DNA from: Octopus vulgaris
Taxonomy: Eukaryota
Reading direction: 5' to 3'
Assembly (NCBI GenBank): GCA_951406725.2
Contig: OX597814.1
Span: 202,244,001-202,308,000, forward strand
DNA: 64,000 nt
Shown here: positions 49,355 to 62,186 of the stretch, in pieces
How the letters are laid out: every line of letters begins with the position of its first letter
Numbering within the stretch: the first letter of the stretch is position 1
Notes under the pieces: generated by a model
Told to the model about the DNA's origin: nothing
The model's database searches: none
What the model saw: only the letters and a program-made list of their open reading frames with translations
Program-made: the position numbers and the translations under genes

Positions 49355-49815
49355 CCTGGCCAACCCATACCAGCATGGAAGGCAGACATTAAATAATGAT
49401 GTTCATCATCATCATCATCATCATTTAATGTTTGTTTTCCATGCTGGTATGGGTTGGACAGTTTGACTGAGGTCTGGAAAGTCAGCACCTGCACCAGGCT
49501 CCAATCTGATCTGGCAATGTTTCTACAGCTGGATGTCCTTCTTAACACTAACCACTCCAAGAGTGTAGTGGGTGCTTTTTATGTGCCACTGGCACAGGAG
49601 CCAATCAAGTGGGCCTGGCATCGATCACATCCAGATGATGCATTTTACGTGCCACTGGAACAGGAGCCAGTCAGGGGGCACTAGCCACAGCTACGATTTT
49701 GGTTTTACTTGCCTCAACAGGTCTTCTCAAGCATATCATATCACCCAACTCATCAAAGGTACTCTTAAATGGGTCGGACATGCAACACTGGCATCAGACA
49801 TGGCTGCGATCTCAT
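49355..49815. mobile_element. Tail-to-tail RTE (family D) ends
   Basis: + tail 49355-49400, - copy 49403-49815. Confidence 0.75.
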
Positions 49816-51672
49816 GATGATGATAAATACATGTTTATCATCTGATCTGTGGAACTCAGCTATTTTACACTACACTCTTCACATGGGGTACTTCAACATT
49901 GCTGAACATGATGAAGGAGCTTATTCAAAAAAGGAGCATGAGAACCCTAACTTTAAGTTTATGCATTTTGTTTATATGCCAAATTTACAGTAGGATAGCA
50001 TCTGGGGAAAACTCCGCAAATGACGTTGAAGTGTTAAAGAGCACCTGAATGCCACAGATCAGATCAGATGACTCACCTGAGACTCACTGAGAATGGAAGA
50101 GAGCAACATTTCACCATTATTATGGCTTATCAATACCATGCACTTGGATCATCTCAAAACAAAGTAAATTGCTGGTCTTTGGCTTATCTGCAAAGTTTAA
50201 TATTAACAACAGAAAAACAAAATGAAGATTTCTGCTAAGAATATGGAAGTGAAGTATCCAACTGGATGAAGTAAAATAACAGGGTGCATAAAATAACAAG
50301 GGTATAAAGTAATGGGTGTATAACGGTAAAGGTGTATAAGGATAATCTGTTGCAGGTGTTCTGTAATGTTTTGAACGCAAGAAATGTTAAATCTAGTCCA
50401 GCATAGAGAATGGATGTTAAATGGTGGTGGTGTTGGTGGTGTTGGTGGTGGTGGTGATGATATTACCTCAGCTCACCAAGCTGTTGGGAATATTTAACCA
50501 GATCGATACATTCTTGTTTTAAATTCTGGGACACCATTGCTGCCATACAACATAGAGAACAGTTACAGTTTTAAAATGGATTGAATTATAGATTTCAGTT
50601 CTAATGGACGAAGTTAATGTATTATAACCAGTTTGGGACTAATATTGGATTAATATAGTGTTAGGTGTTGCTATGATACTATTGTTACCAAGAGTAACTC
50701 TGTCTCTCAGGTATTTCACACTGGAAAAAATGGTTATGTCTCTGGTGGAATATTCAATGCAATGCAGCAAAAAATCAATACAATAAAATAAGGTATGGTG
50801 TGTGCATGCATGCACATGTGTTTGTGTGCATGTGTACATATATAATGGATAAGAATGCATTTAAAGGTGTATGATGGATGCAAACAGATTAGTGCTCAGA
50901 TCAGATCAAATATGAACAATTCAATGTCAAATGATGGAAGATGGAATCCAGGCAGACGTGAGTTGGTTTTAGGCAATGTAGCAGTTAAGTTAATCGGTGT
51001 ATAATAGAATAAAAGATTGACAGACATCAAAGCATTAATAAATTAATTATACAGGAGTGAATATAAATATAATTGAGCAAAGAAACTGAAAGTCTATAGG
51101 AATTCTATATATATAGGGAAATATCGAGGAAGTTCATGCTTTAATATCACAAATAAGAGAGAGGAGAATTTATGCAAACTTTTACAGCTGTTTCAGGTGT
51201 GAGTTGATCAGTAATTGCAGTAGTGTGAATTGTTCATGAATATTCATGAAGTGAGTTGGTGTTAGTGAATGTAGATAAATTAACACAAATTCAAGTTATA
51301 GTATCACTTACCCCATCTTTTATCTGTAATATTAGAGTATTAGAGATTGTGGATATCTACCTATCTACGAAGAACTATTATAGACTTTCACTTTCTTGCC
51401 TCGTCTGTTTTCTTAGCTTAATTATATTTATACTCACTTCCGTGTAACTAGTTTATTAATGCTTTCATACCATTAACAACCACTGTTCCATTTTGATATA
51501 TACACACATATATATATTGTGAGTAAATCATAAACCTGAAAGAGAAACACACTCTAGGTTATAGAGTAGTAAAGTATTTAGATACAGATGGCTATGTAAA
51601 GCTAAGCACTTTATGAATGTGAAACCATGGGTAGCCCTATAAACCAGCCATAACAATCTTCAACTATATATA

Positions 51673-51925
51673 TATATTATATAGAGGGCATTATTACACA
51701 TAAATGCCACACGCTAGGAGGGACTTTCAAAGTCATTACTACCAAAAATAAACGAATCGTAGCGTGTGGCATTGATGTGTAATAATGCCCTCTATATAAT
51801 ATAAATAAATATTTTCAAGTGAAAAAATTTTCAGATTTTTTCTCTTATGAGGTTTATCACGCTAACTACCTGATAATTTCTTGTTAAGATTTCTTATTAA
51901 GATTTTATCCTTAATTGTTAAATTT
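51673..51925 (+). mobile_element. Family E element with inverted 5' segment, in (TA)n
   Basis: 44-bp inverted repeat 51673-51716 / 51760-51803 plus unique extension shared with 47496-47620. Confidence 0.7.
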
Positions 51926-51938
51926 ATATATATATATA

Positions 51939-52350
51939 GGCGCAGGAGTGGCTGTGTGGTAAGTAGCTTGCTAACCAGCCACATGGTTCCGGGTTCAGTC
52001 CCACTGCGTGCCTTCTTGGGCAAGTGTCTTCTGCTATAGCCCCGGGCCGACCAATGCCTTGTGAGTGGATTCTGGTAGACAGAAACTGAAAGAAGCCTGT
52101 CGTATATGTGTATATGTGTGTGTATGTGTTTGTGTGTCTGTGTTTGTCCCCCTAGCATTGTTTGACAACTGATGCTGGTGTGTTTACGTCCCCGTAAATT
52201 AGCGGTTCGGCAAAAGAGACCGATAGAATAAGTACTGGGCTTACAAAGAATAAGTCCCGAGGTCGATTCGCTCAGCTAAATGCAGTGCTCCAGCATGGCT
52301 GCAGTCAAATGACTGAAACAAGTAAAAGAGTAAAAGAGTAAAGAGAGAGT
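51939..52350 (+). mobile_element. SINE A, full length
   Basis: Head to tail match. Confidence 0.9.
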
Positions 52351-52894
52351 ATATACATCCCTTCCTCTGTCACCTGAGAGCAGAATAGGCACATTCTATA
52401 CCCACTAGCTTCCTCAGTTAGCCTTACTCTCTCACCCACCATTATCTTTTTTCCCCCACCTCCTGTCTCCACCAGTCACCACATTTCTGCACCTTCTCTC
52501 TCCTCACTGTGCTGCTCTCCATCATCATCATTTCACTTACTTGCTATCACCTTCCATGCCCTCACATATCTGTAACCCCTGCCCCTGAGCCTCTCCTATA
52601 TTTCTCTCCACCTTTTGCCACAGTCACCTCATCCTGCCCACTCACCCAGCCCATGCCTCTTTATAACCTTACCTATTTTCTAAAAAGTGTTGGTAATGGT
52701 GCCACAGAAACTGCGCAGTTTTATCAACCCAGGAAAGAATGAAAGGACCTGATGGAATTCAAACTCAGAACATAAACAAAGACAAAACTTCACTAAGCAT
52801 TTTGTCCAGATCACTGCTTTTATAATGATAATCATCATCATCATCATCATTATTCAGTTCTATATTTGAGAGATGAGGAATTATTTACATTCTC

Positions 52895-53298
52895 TTTCTT
52901 TTACTCTTTTACTTGTTTCAGTCATTTGAGTGCGGCCATGCTGGAGCACTGACTATAATCGAGCAACTCGACCCCGGGACTTTTGTAAGCCCAGTACTTA
53001 TTCTATCGGGCTCTTTTGCCGAACCGCTAAATAACGGGGACAATAAACACACCAGCATCGATTGTCAAGCAATGCTAGGGGGACAAACACAGACACACAA
53101 ACACACACACGCATATATATATATATATACATATATACGACGGGCTTCTTTCAGTTTCTGTCACAAATCCACTCACAAGGCTTTGGTCGGCCCGAGGCTA
53201 TAGTAGAAGACACTTGCCCAAGGTGCCATGCAGTGGGACTGAACCCAGAACCATGTGGCTGGTAAGCAAGCTCCTTACCACACAGTCACTCCTGCACC
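52895..53298 (-). mobile_element. SINE A, full length
   Basis: Reverse complement of consensus. Confidence 0.9.
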
Positions 53299-53940
53299 TA
53301 GTGTATAATAAATATAATAAAATCAAGACAGGAGAAATATTACCCTATTTAAAAACAGGTGAAGATTTGTCAAGAGGAAGGACATCCTTCTGTAGAAAAT
53401 CTGCCTAAGCAAATCCCATCCAACCCATACCAGCATGGAAAAGTGAACGTTAAAACAGTGGTGATGGTGAAGACTACACTATACACAAAATCAAATGCCA
53501 CTTGTATTAATAATGACAAATCAATACACAATTTAGTTAAAATTTAGGCATTTTTTTTCTGTTATTTTAAAACATATCTTTAACTGTATTATATATTTAA
53601 TTATTTATCTATTTTCAGTGTTGGGGAGAAAATACAAACAGCAATAACAACAAACAACAATATTTTTAATTAGTGTTTAAGAATGTAAAAACAAAATTAC
53701 AAATTAATGAAATTAGTTTAAATAATTCAAACAATGGTGTGGCAAGATATTACCAAATTTTCTTTTATAATCTTCCATTTGAATTTTTTTTGTATCATGA
53801 GGAATAAAAAAAAACAACAAAAAAACAGAATGGAATATAACTGAAAAAACACTGTGTGAAAAGTATTCATAATCTTCTTCTTCCCCTTCTTCCTCTTCCT
53901 CTTCCTCATCATCATCATCATTATTGTTATTATTGTTATT

Positions 53941-54843
53941 CAAATCAAATCAAATCAAAATAGATGAACATCAATGGAATTTGTATCTTTGTGGTACCAG
54001 TGCCGGTGGCACACAAGAAAACCATCCGAACGTGGCCGTAGCCAGTACCGCATCGACTGGCCTCCGTGCTGTGGACACGTAACAAACACCATCCGTTCGT
54101 GGCCGTTCGCCAGCCTCATCTGGCACCTGTGTCGGTGGCACATAAAAACACCATCCGAAGACCCGGCAAGACTAGTCAGGCCATAACCCGTGGCCCCTAC
54201 CTGGGACGTAGTCAGTCCACCTGTGCATACCTTCCTTCTTGTGACACTTGTGAAGACCTGTTGAGGCAAGTGAAAATCAAATCAAAACAAATCAAAATAG
54301 ATGAACATCAATGGAATTTGTATCTTTGTGGTACCAGTGCCGGTGGCACACAAGAAAATCATCCGAACGTGGCCGTAGCCAGTACCGCATAGACTGGCCT
54401 CCGTGCTTTAGGGACATAACAAACACCATCCGATCGTGGCCCTCCGCCAGCCTCATCTGGCACCTGTGTCGGTGGCACATAAAAACACCATCCGAGCGTG
54501 GTCGTCTGCCAGCCTCGTCTGGCACCTGTGTCGGTGGCACATAAAAACACCATCCGAGTGTGGCCGTCTGCCAGCCTCGTCTGGCACCTGTGTCGGTGGC
54601 ACATAAAAACACCATCCGAGCGTGGCCGTTCGCCAGCCTCGTCTGGCACCTGTGTCGGTGGCACATAAAATCACCCACTACACTCTCGGAGTGGTTGGCG
54701 TTAGGAAGGGCATCCAGCTGTAGAAACACTGCCAGATCTGACTGGCCTGGTGCAGCCTTCGGGCTCCCCAGACCCCAGTTGAACCGTCCAACCCATGCTA
54801 GCATGGAAAACGGACGCTAAATGATGATGATGATGATGATGAT
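53941..54843 (+). mobile_element. RTE 3'UTR (family D, young) with duplicated 5' segment
   Basis: 53941-54158 repeats 54276-54495; ORF stop region GAAGACCCGGCAAGACTAG at 54157; 62-bp units at 54474, 54536, 54598; (GAT)n tail. Confidence 0.92.
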
Positions 54844-54854
54844 TATTATTGACA

Positions 54855-55070
54855 AGGTAGTGAACTGGCAGAATTGTTAGCAAGCTGGGCGAAATGCTTA
54901 ACAGTATTTCAATTGTTTTTACGTTCTGAGTTCAAATTCCACCGAGGTCAATTTTGCCTTTTATCCTTTTGGGGGTCAATAAATTAAGTATTAGTTGTGT
55001 ATTGGGATCAATCTAATCGACTGCTCCCCCACCCCCAAAAATTTCAGGCCTTGTTCCTAGAATAGAAAAG

Positions 55071-55124
<54 letters not shown>

Positions 55125-55585
55125 GATAAGGCGGTAAGCTGACTAAATAGTTAGCATACCGGGTGAAATGCTTAGCAGTATTTCGTCTACTGCTACGTCC
55201 TGAGTTCAAATTCCGCCACGGTCAATTTTGCCTTTCATCCTTTCGTGGTATTTAATTTATCGACCCTGAAAGGATGAAGGGTAAAGTCAACCTCAGCAGA
55301 ATTTGAACTCACAACATAGCGGCAGACGAAATACCACAAAGCATTTCGCCTGGCTTGCTAACGTTTCTGCCAGTTCTTTTCTACTCTAGACACAAGGCTT
55401 GAAATTTTGGGGAGGGGGCCAGTCGATTAGATCGACCCCAGCACGCAACTGGTACTTAATTTATCGACCTACGAAAGGATGAAAGGCAAAGTCGACCTCG
55501 GCAGAATTTGAACTCAGAACGTAAAGACAGACGAAATACCGCTAAGCATTTTGCCCCGTGTGTTAACGTTTCTGCCAGCTTACCA
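54855..55585. mobile_element. Cluster of four SINE B copies (+,+,-,-)
   Basis: B heads at 54855 and 55130 (+); reverse copies ending about 55373 and 55585. Confidence 0.82.
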
Positions 55586-55629
55586 CACCAGATGACCCAT
55601 GCAGATGGCTCAGGCAAAATCATCACCGA

Positions 55630-55860
55630 TGTCATTGTTTAATGTCCGTTTTCCATGCTCTTATGGGCTGGATGGTTTGACCAGAGCTGGCAAGCTGGGG
55701 AGCTGCACTAGACTCTTGTCTGATTTTGGCATGATTGCTATGGCTGGATGCCCTTCCTAATGACAACCACTTAACAGAATGTGCTGGGTGCTTTTACATG
55801 GCACCGCATGAACGCTTTTACATGGTACCGGTACGAGTGCTTTTTATGTGGCACTAGTAC
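55630..55860 (-). mobile_element. RTE tail (family D), degenerate
   Basis: GTTTAATGTCCGTTTTCCATGC...GGATGCCCTTCCTAATG. Confidence 0.7.
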
Positions 55861-56105
55861 CTGACTCTTGCAGGCCAATGCCTTTCACCAAGGGGACCTG
55901 CTTTAACACTGCTGCTGTGGATTATGAGTCTTCATATATAGCCATGAATACAGCACAACTGTTTCCAGTTATGTTGGGCAAGCTGTATGTAGCTGTATCA
56001 CTAGGTTGCTGTAAATTCTATGCCGTATATCTCTCCCAGTATGTAATTATTACTGTTTGTAAAAGACCTAGGCAGTTAGTCTATTTGTGTGATGATAAAA
56101 TATTC

Positions 56106-56522
56106 GGATCTTTTCAGTTTGAATGGCAGTTTTTTCTAGCTGTGTCATATGAAATTGTTACCCATAATTATGACCCCAGTATCGATCTATTGCATTTCAA
56201 TCTGTTTTAGGGTCAGGGTTAGGGTGGGGGAAAGGGTATCTTTTTTCTTCAGAAATGTAAATAAACCCAATCTGTTTCTTAAACGAGGTACATATTCATA
56301 CGGCACAGAATGTTTTTTACCTCAACAGACGTCAGTGATTGGTTGAAATTGCAGAAATTGAAGAAAAAAAAAGCAACAAATATCTTACAAACTATAGAAT
56401 TTTCTCAATAAAGCCAAGAGAAAAAGATGTTTTATAAACACATTCTACCAGTATACGAAGTTTAAAATGTTTTAGTTACCTAGAAATTATGTTAAAAACT
56501 GCTGTTCAAACCGAAAAGATCC
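56106..56522. mobile_element. Non-autonomous DNA transposon (Merlin-like MITE; hAT not excluded)
   Basis: 28-bp TIRs GGATCTTTTCAGTTTGAATGGCAGTTTT / AAAACTGCTGTTCAAACCGAAAAGATCC; perfect 8-bp TSD AAATATTC at 56098-56105 and 56523-56530. Confidence 0.88.
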
Positions 56523-57629
56523 AAATATTCCGTTAAACATTCATGGGTGTTGTTCAGTTACTTCTACAACCAGTCTAAGAAACATATTTTTATTTCTCAG
56601 CTCAACCAGTCGCTACAACACCCAAGCAACAAACCTTTTTTGTGGCATCGGATGAATTTAACGCTGTGAAACTCTTTCAAAGATAGTTTTATGATTCGTT
56701 TAATCCTTTTATGAAAATTACGAAAGAGAAAGAAAATGATTGGTAATGATGAGTAATAATTTCTACGTAAGGGTTCCATTAGGACATAAAATGCATTTCA
56801 AAGATTTCCCAAGAGTAAAAACTTTGGGAAATGCTGAGTTAGTTGCAATAGGGGCCAGAAAATATGCCTTAGGGTATTTATATACGTCCCACTACATTCG
56901 GTTGGGCTGTACTGTGTCTCATTTAATCGGCTACAAATTTCCTTGTAAATGTGTTGTGCTATTATACGAATGTTAGAAATCAATAAATGGACGTTTACGA
57001 GGGACTGTTTGCCTTTTATTCCTTACAAAGCATCAAGTTTGAGTGATTAGCAAAACAATAAAGGGCAAATACAAGGGAGGCAACTCTTCAATGGCATACG
57101 GAGACTAATTTCTGGTTTCCTTGTTATAAATCTTTCATTCATAAATAAATCGATATTGTGTTGGTGAATCTTGTCATAAATAATTCACATGATATTTCTA
57201 TAGACATGTATTTATTTCTCTATTAAGCCTTAGTTTATTTATCTCTATTTGTATAAGGTAAATTAGCTTGCAGTCTCCAAGCTGAAATCATCTCAACCAA
57301 GTACCAAAAAGAAAGCGGATGTCATTTCCCATGTCAGCAGGACTTAATCACTCATCGTTGAATAAACCGTTCACTTTATCACACTTGCGTGAGATAAGTG
57401 ATGTATCATCGATTGGTTGACTCACAACGCTCAATAAAGTGAGTAAACCATATAACAATGGCAACAAAAGCACCATGGAAAACCATGATGTGTCAAGATG
57501 GGTTTCAATGAGAGCAGCAGGTATTATTCATCGTCTTAAATAATAAGAGATGTTTGCCTCCGTATAAGAAAATCAAACCGTTCACATTTATGTTCAGTGC
57601 GTTATATTCTAATACTTAATTCGCAGCGG

Positions 57630-57700
<71 letters not shown>

Positions 57701-57701
<1 letters not shown>

Positions 57702-58691
57702 TTGCCTGTCTTGTTCCTTGGTTTGTGTCTATGTTTTTCGTCTCTCTATGTGTTCGACGTCTTTTTGGTGTCCTGTACACATATATGCGTGTATATGTAC
57801 ATGTAGAGGTAGGTACGTACATATATGTTTATATATATGCATATATTTTATTAACATATTATACGACTAAACGCACGCACCCTATTAAGTAAGATTGTTC
57901 TGTTTATCAAGTTCGCCTTGATATTAACTCTCACGCGACTCTGCATCTTTCTTTCTTTCTCTCCCATTCCCTTTTTCGTCTTTTTTCCCTCACTTAACTT
58001 GTCTCTTCCTCTCTCTCTCCCCCTCACTGTTCTTCATGGTCTCCTCGCACCATTCCCCTTCTTCTCTCTCTTCCTCTTGCTCCTCCTCCCCCATTCCCGT
58101 CGTCCATCTGCGACGTTACTTCCGTCGTAACTGCTATCCTGTCCTTTCTCGCCCGCCTTCTAAGGCCACTGGTCGACATCTTCCTCTCTCGTCGTCCACT
58201 ATAATCCAGTGTTTGCAATACTTTTTTCGTCTGGCGTTAACAGCCCTTCTTATTTTGTTCTCCTTGTCCTGTCTCTCACTGTTATATATTTATTTTTCCA
58301 CTGTTTATATATATATTTTTTACTGTTTATATGTTTGTACTGTCGTTACCGTCTTGCTTTTTTTACCCCTCTGCGAAAAGATCTCAGAATTTTAATTGAT
58401 TTGCTTTTCGCAGGAAGGAATTTTTCATTCGAAGTATACGTCTCGCTTTTATCCTTCGAAACGTTTAGTAGATGAAACTTTAGCGACTGAAGAAGGGGAT
58501 TTTTCATTGTGCTTATTGTCCTGTATCTCTCTCTTTTTTTTTGCCTGTCTTGTTCCTTGGTTTGTGTCTATGTTTTTCGTCTCTCTATGTGTTCGACGTC
58601 TTTTTGGTGTCCTGTACACATACATGCGTGTATATGTACATGTAGAGGTAGGTACGTACATATATGTTTATATATATGCATATATTTTATT

Positions 58692-58698
<7 letters not shown>
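57701..58698. mobile_element. 1-kb non-coding element with 159-bp direct terminal repeats in (TA)n (PLE-like)
   Basis: 57701-57859 and 58540-58698 differ at one position by eye; (TA)n both sides. Confidence 0.8.
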
Positions 58699-58729
<31 letters not shown>

Positions 58730-59032
58730 TAAATAGATAGATAGATAGATAGATACATACATACATACATACATACAGTCATGCATACACATGTACCTTA
58801 TATATATATATATATGGTGATAGTAGTGGTGGTGGCGGTGGAGGTATGTGCGCGTATGTTTGTATCCTTTTCCGTTCGCAAGAGAACCTTTGTCTTCTAA
58901 TATCAATTTGTGCATACATACATACGTACGTACACACACACATACACATACAAAGTGGTACTCCAGCATGGCTGAGTCAAATGACTGAAACAAGTAAAAT
59001 AATTAAGAATGAAAGAATATATATATATATAT

Positions 59033-59335
59033 TCTTTTATTCTTTTATTTGTTTCAGTCATTTGACTGCGGGCATGCTGAAGCACCGCCTTTAGTCGAGC
59101 AAATCAACCCCAGCGTTTAATCTTTGTAAGCCAAGTACTTATTCTATCGGTCTGTGTTATTGAACCGCTAAGTTACGGCGACGTAAACAAACCAGCATCG
59201 GTTGTCAAGCGATGTTGGTGGGACAAACACAGACACACAAACATATACGCAGCTATATATATATATACATATACACACACACACACGACGGGCTTCTTTT
59301 AGTTTCTGTCTAGCGAATCCACCCGCAAGGCTTTG
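59033..59335 (-). mobile_element. SINE A truncated at the junction with a PLE remnant
   Basis: Tail/body match ends at CAAGGCTTTGG. Confidence 0.85.
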
Positions 59336-59658
59336 GACGATGCTGTAACAAGACAACCACGTACGTAGAGGAAACGGCACGGAGCATTAGGAGAGCGGGT
59401 AAATGGACATTGGAGGGAACTTAAGGAAGAGAAGAGCTCATCAGTTCTGTATCACCACGCCGAGCAGGAACACGGGGGCTCACTCAACAACATAGAAGTT
59501 AAAATCATGTCCACACATAGAACAGCTGCAACATTTAGACAAATTACAGAAGCTACACACATAATAGAAGATAAACCTAGCCTGAATAGGAAACTGGAAT
59601 GGAACACTAGAACACACACCCATCACCCCACAACATATGACAGAATAAGATCCGCATA
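59336..59658 (+). pseudogene. Penelope-like GIY-YIG endonuclease C-terminal fragment
   Basis: CCNKTTTYVEETAR/(frameshift)ALGERVNGHWRELKEEKSSSVLYHHAEQEH...RQITEATHIIEDKPSLNRKLEW: YVGET-like, R..H, H...H, EA..I....P.LN motifs. Confidence 0.85.
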
Positions 59659-60001
59659 AACTGATAAAAATATAAACAAAACGTAATAAAATACACAGAT
59701 AAACAAATGGAATTAAACAACTATATATATATATTCAAAATTTAAAATGAAAACAAAATTAATTAAATTAAATACAAATAAATAATAAGTAGGTATAAAC
59801 ACATGAACAAAATAAAAACAAATTACACGAACGTGTACAAACAGGGGATACAGATAATACAAGCACTTTTCCCCCACAAACTTACTAAACATAGGCACAC
59901 ATAGGGGTATACGCATGCGCAAATAAAGGCACATAACTAGGAATACAAAATACAAAATGGCTGATCGTTAGTAAGGAGAGACACACAAAGAAGAAAGCAA
60001 A

Positions 60002-60046
60002 GGACCACTGATGGGGTCACTGAAGTGTGACGAAAGAACTCTGGCC
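60002..60046 (+). ncRNA. Minimal hammerhead motif downstream of the PLE ORF (slightly decayed)
   Basis: GGACCA CTGATGG G GTCAC tgaagt GTGAC GAAA GAAC TC TGGCC. Confidence 0.65.
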
Positions 60047-60221
60047 GAAATAAGATTAACATTAATGTAAAAAATAAATAAAGCTGAAGGAAATTAACAT
60101 CAAATATATAGTGCGTGTGTTTTTATTGGCTAAACTGGCAACATGACAATTCCTAAATACAACAATATCTGTTTCAACACACGATTTCACATCAAGAATC
60201 TTGCAAAACAAATATATAAAC

Positions 60222-60274
<53 letters not shown>

Positions 60275-60295
60275 GTGTGTGTGTGTGTATGGATT

Positions 60296-60748
<453 letters not shown>

Positions 60749-60754
60749 TTATAT

Positions 60755-60850
60755 ATACAATTTAAAAATAGGATAAAATCTTTATAAGAAATTATCATGT
60801 AGTTAGCGTGAAAAACCTCACAAGGGAAAAATTTATTAATTATTCCCTTT
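60755..60850 (-). mobile_element. Family E terminal fragment
   Basis: Reverse complement of TTTTTCACGCTAACTAC...TTTCTTATAAAGATTTTATCC. Confidence 0.65.
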
Positions 60851-60999
60851 AAGATATATTTAATATATTTATTTAATGCTCTTAATATAAATATAATGTA
60901 TGTATGTATTTATGTATTTATATATGTATATTCGTATGTATGGATGTATGTATTCATAGACACACCAACACACACGCACACATATATATGAGTATAAGT

Positions 61000-61195
61000 G
61001 TTTGTGTGTGTGTTGGTGTGTTTACGTCACCATAACTTTGTGGGATCGTCAAGAGAGAAAGAGAGCGATAGATTAAGTATCAGGTTTTTAAAACATTAGT
61101 CCTGGGATCAGTTCGTTGGATTAAAACCCTTCGAGGTGGTACCCCAGCATGGCCGCGGTCTAGTGGCTGAAACAGGTGAAAGATAAAAGATATAA
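61000..61195 (+). mobile_element. Divergent SINE A 3' half
   Basis: GTTGGTGTGTTTACGTCACC...GGTGGTACCCCAGCATGGCCGCGGTCTAGTGGCTGAAACA. Confidence 0.75.
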
Positions 61196-61286
61196 CATTA
61201 TTAGAGTGCGTAAAAATATTTAAAAAAGAAACGTTAATAGTATAAATTATTTCATTTACCTGGGTAGACAACAAGCAGGTTTGATA

Positions 61287-62186
61287 TGGTGGTGGTTGTG
61301 GTGGTGGTGGTGGTGGTAGTTGTGGTGGTGGTGGTAGTGGTGGTGGTGGTGGTGGTGGTGGTGGTACTTGTGGTGGTGGTGGTGGTAGTGGTGGTGGTAG
61401 TTGTTGTTGTGGTGGTGGTGGTGGTAGTTGTGGTGGTGGTGGTGGTGGTGGTGGTGGTGGTGGTGGTAGTTGTGGTGGTGGTGGTGGCGGTACTTGTGGT
61501 GGTGGTTGTGATAGTTGTGGTGGTGGTGGTGGTGGTGGTGGTAGTTGTTGTTGTTGTGGTGGTGGTGGTGGTAGTTGTGGTGGTGGTGGTGGTAGTTGTG
61601 GTGGTGGTGGTGGTGGTAGTTTTGGTGGTAGTGGTGGTGGTAGCGGTAGTGGGGGTGAAAGTTGTGGTGGCGATAGTGGTGATAGTTGTGGTGGTGGTGG
61701 TGGTGGTAGTGGTGGTGGTAGCGGTAGTGGTGGTGATGGTGGTGGTAGTTGTTGTTGTGGTGGTTTTGGTGGTAGTTGTGGTGGTGGTGGTGGTGGTGGT
61801 ATTGGTGGTGGTGGTGGTGGTGGTGGTAGTGGTGGTGGTAGCGGTAGTGGTGGTGAAACTTGTGGTGGTGGTGGTGGTAGTTGTTGTTGTGGTGGTGGTG
61901 GTGGTAGTTGTTGTTGTGGTGGTGGTGGTGTTGTGGTGGTGGTGGTGGTGGTGGTGGTGGTGGTGGTGGTGATGGTGGTAGTTGTAGTGGTAGTGGTGGT
62001 GATAGTTATGGTGGTGGTGGTGATAGTTGTGGTGGTGGTGATAGTTATGGTGGTGGTAGTTGTGGTGGTAGTGGTAGTGGTGGTGATAGTTGTGGTGGTG
62101 GTAGTGGTAGTGGTGGCGATAGTTGTGGTGGTGATGGTGATAGTTGTGGTGGTGATAGTTGTGGTGGTGGTGGTGGTGGTGGTGGG
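61287..62186. repeat. 900-bp (GGT)n-type microsatellite
   Basis: GGT repeats interspersed with AGT/TGT. Confidence 0.97.

Noticed and set aside
51590-51636. Hammerhead-like GGCTA..GAAACCATGGGTAGCC
   Set aside because: Stem I and a palindrome are present, but no interpretable CUGANGA-type core
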